Positions 26,810 through 36,400 of a DNA stretch of 64,000 nt are shown here, piece by piece. The notes beneath the pieces are model-generated. The model saw only the letters and a list, made by a program, of their open reading frames with translations, was not told the origin of the DNA and ran no database searches. This DNA comes from Verrucomicrobiota bacterium (GTDB taxonomy: Bacteria > Verrucomicrobiota > Verrucomicrobiia > Limisphaerales > J093), in assembly GCA_022710935.1 (NCBI GenBank), contig JAKLFY010000031.1, positions 1,857 through 65,856 on the forward strand, written 5' to 3'. The translations under genes were made by a program, and so were the position numbers. How positions within the stretch are numbered: position 1 is the first letter of the stretch; each line of letters starts with the position of its first letter.

Positions 26810-29800
26810 CTACTGCCGCACCAAGATCGTACGGTACCACAGGAAGGGTGCCGTGTTGGTAATGGTCAGGAGCCCGCTGTGTGGTCCACCCGGCAGGTCG
26901 GTCCAAATCGCATCCGGTCTAAGAGACTCGGAGTACTGAACAAAGGTGTCGTACCCGGGCCGTTGCACGACAAAGAGATGCACCGTTGGCGACGAGCCGC
27001 TGTAAACGAGGCTCATAACGATCGGCGGTCCCATGACTTCGATGCCCACAGATGCCCAGTCATTGGATGGATTCACATCGGTCGACGGCGTGTCGACATT
27101 GCCCATGGCCATGAGGCTGCCATACACGTTCGGGACAACCGTGATGGTCACTGTGGCGCTCGTGCCTCCCCCCAAGTCGCCCAACTCGCAGACCACGACG
27201 CCGCCGGCCAGGGTGCATTCGCCCTGACTCGAAGTCGCGCTGACAAACGTCGTGTTTGCCGGCACAGGACTCTTGACCGTGACGCCCCGGGCGACCGAAA
27301 GACGCGTGTTCGCCACCCTGAACTCGATCGCAAGGTTGCCGCCGCCGGCGACCGGGTTTGGCACGGCACGCCCGAGAATCAGGACGTCCACCGGCGCAAC
27401 GACCGTGATCTTGAAGAACTGCGGAGGACTGGTGTCTACGCCGCCATTGGCGGTGCCGCCATCGTCTTGGAGGAGTACGGCCACGGTCGCTTCACCCACA
27501 GCGGTGTCGTGGGCTTGATAGGTGAGAGTGCCATCGGCACTGACTGCGGGCTGGACGGCAAAGATGCCTTCGTAGTCATTGTTCACGACAAAGTGGATCT
27601 GCTGTGTCGCCTCGTTCGCCGGCCCTGCGCGTATGCCGGTCGCCCAGCCGGCTATCGACTGCGGCCCGGCGCCCTGGGTTGAGACCTGGTTGGGTCCCTT
27701 CGTGAAGGCTGGCGCGTCGTTCACCGGCAACACCGTGATGGTGAACGTTTGCGGAGCGCTGGTGTCCACACCGCCGTTCGCCGTCCCGCCGTCGTCTTTC
27801 AAGAGCACGGTGACGGTCGCACTCCCGTGCGCATCAGGCGCCGGGGTGAAGCTCAGAGTTCCATCCGCAGAGAGCGTTGGCTCGGCAAAGAACAGGCTGC
27901 TGTTGTCGTTGGTGACCTCGAACGTCAGAACCTGAGCCGATTCCTCGGGAGGTCCGGACTGAATGTCAGTCGCCCAAGCTGCAAGGCTCACCGTGCCACT
28001 GTCTTCATTGACTGTCTGGTCAGGACCCTTGGTGAATGTGGGCTGGTGGTTAGCGGGGCTCAAGAGATTGAAGGTTGCCGTGACCGACTTTGCGGCGTCC
28101 ATTGTCACGACACGTTCGGTCTCTCCGGCGCCATCGCCAGTCCAGCCGTCGAACGTCGAGTTGGGGTCCGCTTGAGCCGTAAGCGTCACCAGCGCGCCGG
28201 TCGGAAACTCCGCGGAGCAAGTGCCGCCGCAGTCAATGCCCGCGGGCTGACTTGTCACGCGGCCAGTCCCGCTGCCGTTCTTTTCTACGATGAGGGCTGC
28301 GTTTGCTGTGGCGGAGAAGGTGATCTGCAGCCACTGGGAGAACTCGGACGTATTGCCCAGCGGATCGGTGGCCGTTGCCGTCACGTAGCGGTCCAAGTAA
28401 TACAATGAACCGGGATACGGTCTTGACAGCTCGAACTCCGCAACCCCGGTTGAATCCGTCTCGGTTGCGAGGGATTCAAAACTCTCTTCGCCTTGGCCAT
28501 ACCCCGAAGGGTCTCCGCTTTCTCCCACGAAAAACTCGATTGTGAATGCGGTGCCGGGGGCACTATTGAGAGTCCCCCCGATGGTAAGATTCGTATTCGA
28601 GTCCCAGGACCTTGTCAGAACTGGATAGTTCTGCAGCAGATTGGCACCGACGTCGCTGTCATTCGCATCGTTGGCGGTCGGTCCTGCGCCGCCCAGGTCA
28701 ATTCCCAACTCACGGTTGTTTGCGAGGCTGTTGCCTCGCATCGCGTTCCGGTCCCCCGAGTAAATGCGCACGCCAGTTCCACGATTGTCAAATATCTTGT
28801 TGGCGGTGAATCTGTTCTGGCTTGCTGAGTTGGTTACAACAATGCCCGAGCCTTCGTTTCCACCAGGATCGAACCCGCCATAGTATCCCCCAATGTCGTT
28901 CCCCACGACGACGTTGTTGGTTGAGAGCACACCGTCGATCACCACACCATGAGCTGCGTTATATGCGATGATGTTCCCCGTGTTGTAATTGGTCGAGCCA
29001 ATGGTGTTGTGCGAAGAGTCAAGAAGGTAAACTCCAACAGTGTTCCCCAGCTCCCACGTCTCGGTGTCCCCGATCGTATATCGGCTTATGCTGTTGCCTC
29101 TTGCTCCCTCGAGGAAGATGCCGTGGTGGTGGCTGGAAATGAGGCCGCCAGCCGAGAACGACCCGCCCACCGTGTTCGTTTGCGCCCGCGAGAGAAGAAT
29201 CCCGGCCCCCCAGTTGCCCAGCGGTCGCTCACCGTTCGCGTCTGTGCCAATCAGATTCGCCTCGATCGAGTTGAAGGCAACACCATCACCGCGAAGCACC
29301 ACACCATCCCCGAAGTTCCCGGCAATGATGTTCACGTCACTCCACGTCTCACCTCCGACCCGATTGTATTGGGCCTGTTGCGCGGCCGAAGCCTGTATAC
29401 AAATGCCACCCGACGAGTTTCCCAACCCCTCGAAGCCGGGACTCTCGGCATCCGTCGAACCAGTTGCATCCGTTCCAATATAGTTGCCGACGATGGTGCA
29501 CCGACTCGAGTTCTCCAAGGCCACACCGTACCCCAAATTGGCGGAAATGACATTTGGCGGATAGCCGTAACGGCCGATGGTCACCAGGCTGGTGTCTTTG
29601 ACGCGAATGCCATCGCCCTGGTTGCCCGCCGCCTCGGTACCGGTGAGGTCCGTCCCAATATAGTTCCCGTAGATTTCACCCTGGCTGCTTCCCCAAGGGC
29701 TCGGCAATACCAGGATCCCGTGCCGAGGCGATCTACTGAGCACGAGCCCTGCGACCCTGAAAGAGAGACACTCGAAAGTCAGCAGGCCAGCGTTCTCATC

Positions 29801-30115
29801 CAAGTAGTCCAGTCCACTTCCGTCGAGTTCCACGATCGGGTCGCCTGCGTAACCCGGCTGAGATGTTCCGTCGACCGTCACATTCGCCTTGATGTTCGGC
29901 AGGCGCGTGAACAGACGGATGGATTGCGGCCCAGAGTCGATATGGAACAGTATCCGCGGGTACTCCATGTCTGCGTTCGCATCGAGAATGGCCTGCCGCA
30001 GGGAACCGGGGCCCTCGTCATCGGTGGTTGTCACCGTGAAGACAGCAGGGTGGACGCGGGCGACGGCAAGGCACAGGCTAATGGCGATGAAGAGCGAACA
30101 GATCGGAGTCTTCAT
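26810..30115 (-). CDS. large secreted adhesin-like protein with parallel beta-helix repeats, an InlB-B-like repeat, two cadherin/Ig-like repeats and a DUF11-like repeat
   Basis: The signal is MKTPICSLFIAISLCLAVA, from the ATG at 30115. A GPGSLRQAILDAN (CSLREA-like) motif is followed by many beta-helix turns. Next are GSGTGRVTSQPAGIDCGGTC and two ~100-aa repeats ending TITVLPVNDAP and KITVVAP. An alternative in-frame ATG lies at 30187. Confidence 0.75.
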   Translation of the reverse strand: MKTPICSLFIAISLCLAVARVHPAVFTVTTTDDEGPGSLRQAILDANADMEYPRILFHIDSGPQSIRLFTRLPNIKANVTVDGTSQPGYAGDPIVELDGSGLDYLDENAGLLTFECLSFRVAGLVLSRSPRHGILVLPSPWGSSQGEIYGNYIGTDLTGTEAAGNQGDGIRVKDTSLVTIGRYGYPPNVISANLGYGVALENSSRCTIVGNYIGTDATGSTDAESPGFEGLGNSSGGICIQASAAQQAQYNRVGGETWSDVNIIAGNFGDGVVLRGDGVAFNSIEANLIGTDANGERPLGNWGAGILLSRAQTNTVGGSFSAGGLISSHHHGIFLEGARGNSISRYTIGDTETWELGNTVGVYLLDSSHNTIGSTNYNTGNIIAYNAAHGVVIDGVLSTNNVVVGNDIGGYYGGFDPGGNEGSGIVVTNSASQNRFTANKIFDNRGTGVRIYSGDRNAMRGNSLANNRELGIDLGGAGPTANDANDSDVGANLLQNYPVLTRSWDSNTNLTIGGTLNSAPGTAFTIEFFVGESGDPSGYGQGEESFESLATETDSTGVAEFELSRPYPGSLYYLDRYVTATATDPLGNTSEFSQWLQITFSATANAALIVEKNGSGTGRVTSQPAGIDCGGTCSAEFPTGALVTLTAQADPNSTFDGWTGDGAGETERVVTMDAAKSVTATFNLLSPANHQPTFTKGPDQTVNEDSGTVSLAAWATDIQSGPPEESAQVLTFEVTNDNSSLFFAEPTLSADGTLSFTPAPDAHGSATVTVLLKDDGGTANGGVDTSAPQTFTITVLPVNDAPAFTKGPNQVSTQGAGPQSIAGWATGIRAGPANEATQQIHFVVNNDYEGIFAVQPAVSADGTLTYQAHDTAVGEATVAVLLQDDGGTANGGVDTSPPQFFKITVVAPVDVLILGRAVPNPVAGGGNLAIEFRVANTRLSVARGVTVKSPVPANTTFVSATSSQGECTLAGGVVVCELGDLGGGTSATVTITVVPNVYGSLMAMGNVDTPSTDVNPSNDWASVGIEVMGPPIVMSLVYSGSSPTVHLFVVQRPGYDTFVQYSESLRPDAIWTDLPGGPHSGLLTITNTAPFLWYRTILVRQ

Positions 30116-30159
30116 GGAGATCTGCTTTCTGGTTTGGTTCTTCCGGGCAAGGTCCAAAC

Positions 30160-30234
30160 CCCGTGTGAGCTGTGTCGTGACACGCATACTTGCTCCTTGA
30201 GTGGAATGGCAAAGCGCCGACAGTTGTGACAGAG
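30160..30234 (-). promoter_or_regulatory. conserved upstream leader core, copy 1
   Basis: The block CTGTGTnGTGACACGCATnCT...GGAATGGCAAAGCG...TTGTGACAGAG is shared with 39520-39589 and 40808-40883. Each copy lies upstream of a minus-strand surface-protein ORF. Confidence 0.6.
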
Positions 30235-30251
30235 GTCGCGGACCAAAGGCA

Positions 30252-30368
30252 ATGGAAGAGGACGCGTCCAAGAGTGGCGGCAGCCCCGCGTTTCCGAACA
30301 CGCAGTGGACGGTCATCGTCGACGCCGTTTCCAGCAGACCGGAGCCGGTGCAGGAGGCGCCCACCTAG
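30252..30368 (+). pseudogene. 5' fragment (38 codons) of an ECF sigma factor gene, paralogous to 41660-42406
   Basis: It translates to MEEDASKSGGSPAFPNTQWTVIVDAVSSRPEPVQEAPT*. The intact gene reads MMEDDASKNGGSSAFPNTQWTVIVDAVSSHPERVREAL. The DNA is near-identical over about 90 nt and then diverges into a TAG. Confidence 0.8.
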
Positions 30369-30433
30369 ACCCGGAAATCCCACCCGCGGACCGTCAGGAA
30401 TGCCGCGACCGTCCCACTGGTGAGATTTCCGGG

Positions 30434-30464
30434 TTCGGCGAATCTGGTGGTGTATTCGCCCGAA
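30434..30464 (-). terminator. hairpin immediately 3' of the RHS gene stop (candidate terminator)
   Basis: TTCGGCGAAT (30434-30443) pairs with ATTCGCCCGAA (30454-30464) with one bulge around a 10-nt loop. No U-tract follows. Confidence 0.3.
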
Positions 30465-33400
30465 TCAACGCGACCGCCGTACGGCGCGGAAGTACCGCGC
30501 AGCGCTCGCCCCGAGGGTCACATCGAAGGTCTGGTACAGGTCGGGTTGGGTTGTTCGCAGTTCCTCCTGCCACGGGGCCGCGGGATCCAGCGAGGCGCAC
30601 GAGTGCACTTCGCAGTCCCAGCCTGGCCGCCCATAGAGCACTAACGCCGGAGACTGATCGGCGTCCAGCACAGCTTCGAGCAGCGGCTCTTCGCTGATGA
30701 TCACAACGCGCCCGGATTGTGGGGCGAAGTTGGCGACTTGATTCCCGTCGGTCGTCAACCCAACGGTATTGTCCAAGAGCAGGTCGACGAAGGCCGAGGA
30801 CTCGTTCGAGACAGCAGTAAAGTACAGCCAGGCAACCTGCTGCGTGCCGATCAGCCACTGGTTAGCGCACATTCTCATGCTCAACGATTGCAGCGAGTCG
30901 GTCAGCACCGTGATCGAGCTTTCACAGATCCCCGGAGTGACCGGCTCGAGTGTGAAGTCCGTCAGGCGGTCAGTGGGAGCCTCGACGGTCATCGAGAGGC
31001 TGGTGAGGGGCACTGTCGAGATGAGGTTCACCGGCACGCGTCCCCGGTTGCCCACCTCGAGCACCAACCGACCGAGGCTGGGCACCACACACTCGCCCAC
31101 GACAATCGTGAACACCCTGGCATCCATCAGATTCGGCCTGCCGGTATCTGCCACCCAGACCGTGATCGCATATGACCGGCTCGCCTGCGAACAGGCCGGG
31201 TTCCAGCGGAAAACACCGTTGGTCGGGTCGACAACCACGCCTGACGGTGCGCCCGCTCCGAGGCTGAATCGCCACTCACCCGAGGGCGTGCCCAGAACCG
31301 CGTTTGTGAACGTGACCGTTGCGCCCGGAAGCGTCGTTGAATCGAGAACCGATGACAGCACCGGCGCGGTGGCCGGAACGGTCGTTACAGCCTGCGGCGC
31401 GGCGGGAAGCGGCTCTTCCTGGCCGACGTTGTCGCGGGCGAGGCTGGTGAAGGCGTAGGTGTGGCCGGGTTCGCCGCGGAACCAGGCGCTGGTGGCGGTG
31501 GTCTGCGACAGCCAGAGGAACCGGTTCGTCCCGTTCTCCGTCACGCAGATGTCGAAGCTGGCGAGGCCGGAGCCGCCGGGATCGTCCTGGCCGGACCATT
31601 GCACGAGGAAGGTTGGGCCGGCCTCGGCCGGCAACGGCGCCACGGCGCTGACGGGCGCGGCGGCATCGAGGGTGTTGAAGACGAGCGGCGTGTCAATGGG
31701 GTCGTTGTAGTCAAACACGATGCGGGCGCGGTTCTCGACGCGCGTGCCGCTGGCCGCGCCGGAGTTCGCGCGGACAATGTAGCTGATGCTCCCGTCGCCG
31801 CGGCCGGTCCCGTCGTTGGGGTAGAGAAGACCGATCAACGGGTCTTCGGGATACCAGCCCGTGTTCGGGTCAATCGCGGTCAAGGTCAACGTGAGGAGGC
31901 GCGTGGGCATGTCGAGGTGCGCGTCCACCTCCACGAGGATGGCGTTGCTGGGCAGCAGTGCCAGCGCGGAAGCGCCATCGCCGAGCGGGATGAGGGTCTG
32001 GTTGGTGACGATGAAGGCCAGACTCTTCTGGTAGTGGTTGAGCCCAGGGGGAATGGCCAGGACCTGGTTGCCAAAGGCGATCTCGGTCAACTCGAACGTG
32101 CTGAGGTCGAGGTTCGGGTCGAGCATGTCTGTGACAACAACATGCTGCGCCGGGGCGGTGGCGCTGGGCTGGTTCTCGAACCGGATTTGATAGGCCAACG
32201 TGCCGTCCGCCGGCAGGTAGGCCGCACTGCCATATCCCGACGGCCCGAGTTTGTCGTTTGGGTCAGACGAGCGGGCAAGCGCGAAGGACCAGCAGCCGTT
32301 GATGGGTGTCGGTGTGGGGTCGGGGTTGAGGATGTCAAAGTAATCCTTGAGGTCCTTCAGAATGTCCCAGGCATCCTTCAGTTTCTCAGGTCGGTCGTGA
32401 ACATTGAAGAATTTGAAAAAGAGATCGAATGCCGCACGCCAGCTATTGTCACTTAAGAAGTCGGCGTTCCTTGCCCTTTCGTCAGCCGCAGCGTTGCGCT
32501 TCTCGTCGTCGTCGAAATTACGGATCATTTCCTCATGGCTTCGATGGAATCTGAGGTAATGTCGAAGCCAATCGCCAAATGGATCACTGTCTTCCCTCAA
32601 TCCACTCGGATCAGTGAGCATTACCGGACGGCTTCGCGTATACGCATACAGGTTGAGGCCGCCGAGTATATGCACAGGATCAGTCGTGTGAAATCTGCCA
32701 AGTGAGGGGGAATAGTCTCTCGCCCGCATGAACTCCAACCCGTTCCCCTCGTTCATCACGCCAAATTCGCCGACGAACTCGAACGGGTTCGGAAGCGTCT
32801 CGGCCTTCGTGAGCGACAGGCCGAACGGGTCGTAGGCGTAGGCGTTGGCCACCGCGCCGGACGGGCCGGTCAGTTCGCTGGTGTGGCCGATGGCGGAGAA
32901 GGTGTAGAAAGCCGGGTCGCCCGCGGCATCGCTGCGCGCGAGCAGACCGAAGCCGTGGTCGTAGCGAGCAATCAGGTTGCCGCCGCCGTCGTATTCGGCA
33001 GCCACGTTGCCTAGGCCGGTCGGGTCAATCACGTAGCGCGTAGTCTGGCCGTTGTGCGTTGTGGCGATGCGATTGCCAAAGGCGTCGTAGGCGTACGTCC
33101 AGGTGTCCGTGGGTGTGGTGACGCCGATGAGGCGATCCTCGATGTCGTATGTGTTGGTTGATGGTTGAGAGTTGATGGTTGAGAAGGTCAGGTTGCCGTC
33201 GAGGTCGTAAAGCAGCGTTTCGTCGCCAACCGAGGTGTATTGATTCAATGTGTTCGCGGCGTAATCAGTCGCGACGCCGTTGTCGGTGACCTGTGTGCGG
33301 TTGCCCGCGGAATCGTAGGCGTAGTTCACCACGCGGCCGTTTGGGTAGGTGACGCTGGTCAACTGGCCGAGCGAGTCGTGGCCGTAGGTTTCCGTGCCGG

Positions 33401-36400
33401 CGAGCGTGGTCATCGAGTCGCGGCGACCGGAGGCGTCGTAGGTGTAAACAAAGCTGGAGAGGACGGAGTTGTCCGCCTTGCGGTTGACGAGGGACACGAC
33501 CTGGCCGGCGGCGTTGTACTCGTACGTGGTGAAAACGCCGTTCCCGAGCGTCTTGCGGCTGAGCCGGCCGGCGGGGTCGTAGTCGTAGTCCACAACCAAC
33601 TGGCCGAGGCCGTTGGTCATGCGGTCAAGCCGGCCCAGTTCATCGTAGAGATACGCGGTGACTTGGCCATCCTGGTCCGCGCGGCGGGTACGGCGTCCGG
33701 CGGGGTCGTAATCGAAGGTGAAGAACCTGCCGCCGGGATATTGGATGCGGGTAAGGCGGTCGGTGAGTGGATCGTACTCCATTTCGATGGTTTGCTGGGA
33801 ACCAAGCAAACCGTCGAAATACGTGGCTGAACGCAAGTTCCCGGCGGAATCGTAGGCGTATGTGAAGTCGGTAATGCCAGGCGTGGTGGCGTAGTCCTTG
33901 GACGTGAGCTGACCAGCAGAATTGTAGGTGTAGGTGATAACGCCGCCTCGGCGGTTGGTGGACGTGATGACGCTGCCGTGCGCGTCGTAGGCGAACCGCT
34001 CCGCGGTGGCATCGGCGTAGGTGATGGCGGTGAGGTTGCCGCGATCGTCGTAGGCGTATTTGAGGTCGTTCCCGCGCGCGTCGCGGACCTGGGCGAGGCG
34101 GTTGAAGTTCGGCTCGTAAGTGAAGCTGTTGTTCTGGCGCAGCGGGTCTTCGATGCCGCTGAGGTTGCCAAAGCCGTCATAGCCGTAGCGGTAACGTTCG
34201 CCGCCCGGGCCGACAAGCTGGGTGAGTTGATCGAGGTCGTCGTAGGTGAAGTTGACGATCCGGCCCTCGCCGTCGCGCACCTGGGCCAGTTGCCCGCCGA
34301 GGCCGTAAAGGAGTTGCGTGGCGCGGCCCGTGGCATCGGTGACGGTGACCATGCCGGCGGAATCGTATGCGTAGTTGACTTGTTGCGCGCCGCCGCAGCA
34401 GTTCTGCGAGGTCTGGATCAGGCGGCCTTGCGCGTCGTAAACGAACGAGTCCTGGCTAAGATCGGGGTGGGTGACGTTGGCGAGCGCGTGGAGTCGCTGC
34501 GGAATGTCGTCAGTGTGATAAGCGTAAGTCGTAACGCGATTGCCGGGTGCGGTGACACGGATGAGGTGTTCGCCCGAGGCGTCGTATTCGTAGGTAGTGA
34601 CGCGGTCGTCGGCTGCGCCCGGGCCGAGCGGGTCGGTGATTTGCGCGAGGCGGCCTGATCCGTTGTATTGGAGGAGGAATTGTCTGCCGCTGGAGTGCGT
34701 GAGCGAAGTCAACTGCGAGCCGGTGTAGCCGCAGGTGATGCGATTGCCGTTGGGGTCTTCGACATATTCAAGGCGGCCGATGGGGCTGTTCGTGGCGAAC
34801 ACCCAGGCCGTCTTGTCGGCCTCGATGAGCCGGAACGTGCTGTTGGTAAGCAACATCACACCGGTGTCGCTGCCCGTGGCCACATACTGCCCGTAGCTGC
34901 TCCGGCCAAAGAAACGCTCGGCGCCACCCGGGCCGCGGACGGTCACGCCGTAATAGCTGATGAGCGTCTGCGCGTGGATCTCCCAATTGTGCGACCAACC
35001 GCGCCCGAGCGCGCCGAGGCGGTATCGCGAGAGGATGGGCTGGCCATACGTGCGGCGGAAAACGAGCGGGAAACCGGGCGAAGGCGCGGAAGCGTCCACA
35101 GCAGCAGCGAGGGTGCGGACAGGATTGAGCGCGGCGGCGGCTTGCAAGACCTCGAAATTGAACAACGGCGCCGGGTCGTTGGTCATCTGGCCCACCTTGG
35201 CCAGGTGGTTCAGGTTGTCGCCCATCATGACGACGTAGTTGGCCCAAAGCGGGCCGGCGGCTTTCACGAGGTTGGCCCAGACGGCGTCCCAGCCGGCGGC
35301 ATCGGCAGTCTCGGGCCGCGAGCGCGCTCGGAGATCTTCCCAGGGGACGCTGAAAAGCCGTTCCGTGCCGTTGGTCCAGTGGCCGCTTCCGAGGATACTT
35401 CGGTGGCCGTGGCTCGGGAAGAGGACTGCCCCTGGCACGCCGGGAGCCGGCGAAGGCCACTCGACAATCGTGGTATCGTCAGCGGTAACGGTCCCCACGT
35501 TGAACTGAACCGGGTCCTGCCATTCCCCATGAAAGCCGGCGAAGTAGAACGGGACGCGCCCGCGCTCGCCCGGTTGGAGCCAGCCGGGAGTGGCGCTCGA
35601 TCCGACCGCGATGCCCTGAACCGAGTTGAGGGGGCGCGCTACGTTGAAAATGTAAGTCGGCGGGGCGGACAGCCTCCCGCCACCGCCTCCCCCACCCCCA
35701 CCCCCGCCTCCCACTGGGGGCGTCGGTGCGTAGCCCGGAATGGCCCTCCAGTTGACTCGGTGCGCGGTGACTGTGCTGTTTTCGTAGGCCGTCACCTTGA
35801 GCAATGGGACGGGCATGGGGCGAGTGCCCGTATTCGCGTATTCGACGTAGAGGGTCTGGCCGCCGCCGGGGCTCAGGGCGGTCCCCACGAGACGGGCTTC
35901 GAATTTCGCCTCGCCGCCGGACACAACGGTGAGCGCGTTGGTCAGGACTCGGGTTGCGGCACCCTTGGTGACCCACACGCTGTACGTGCCCGCGCTCATT
36001 GATCCGGTGTTGAAAAAGAGCTGGAGTTGCGTGGCACCCACAAGCTCGGTGCGGTTTGGAACGTGCCGAGTGCCCGACGTTTTCACCAACTCCACCGTCA
36101 TGGTTTCATCGAAACCCACACCCGACAACGCGGCGGAGGGGAGGGTCTTGTCCAAGACCGACACCCACCAGTGAGAGCTTTCGTCGCCGGGGATGACGGT
36201 CGGGCTGATGCCATTCACATAGAACGGCGCGGTTTCGGCGCTGAGGCTGTAGGTGCCGTCGCCGAGTTGCTCGGCGGAAACGAGCACGTAGTACGCGGCT
36301 CCACCGGGGACTCCCGTTAGCTCAATGGTCTGATTTGGTGACAGCTCGCGCGCGCTGTAATCGCTGTCTTGCCTGCTCGGGATGGAGGCGACGCTGGCGA

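Noticed and set aside
30369-30464. I looked for an RHS immunity gene or orphan toxin tip downstream of the RHS stop.
   Set aside because: Only about 100 nt separate the stop from the sigma-fragment and leader copy. This gap contains two hairpins and no ORF of plausible length.
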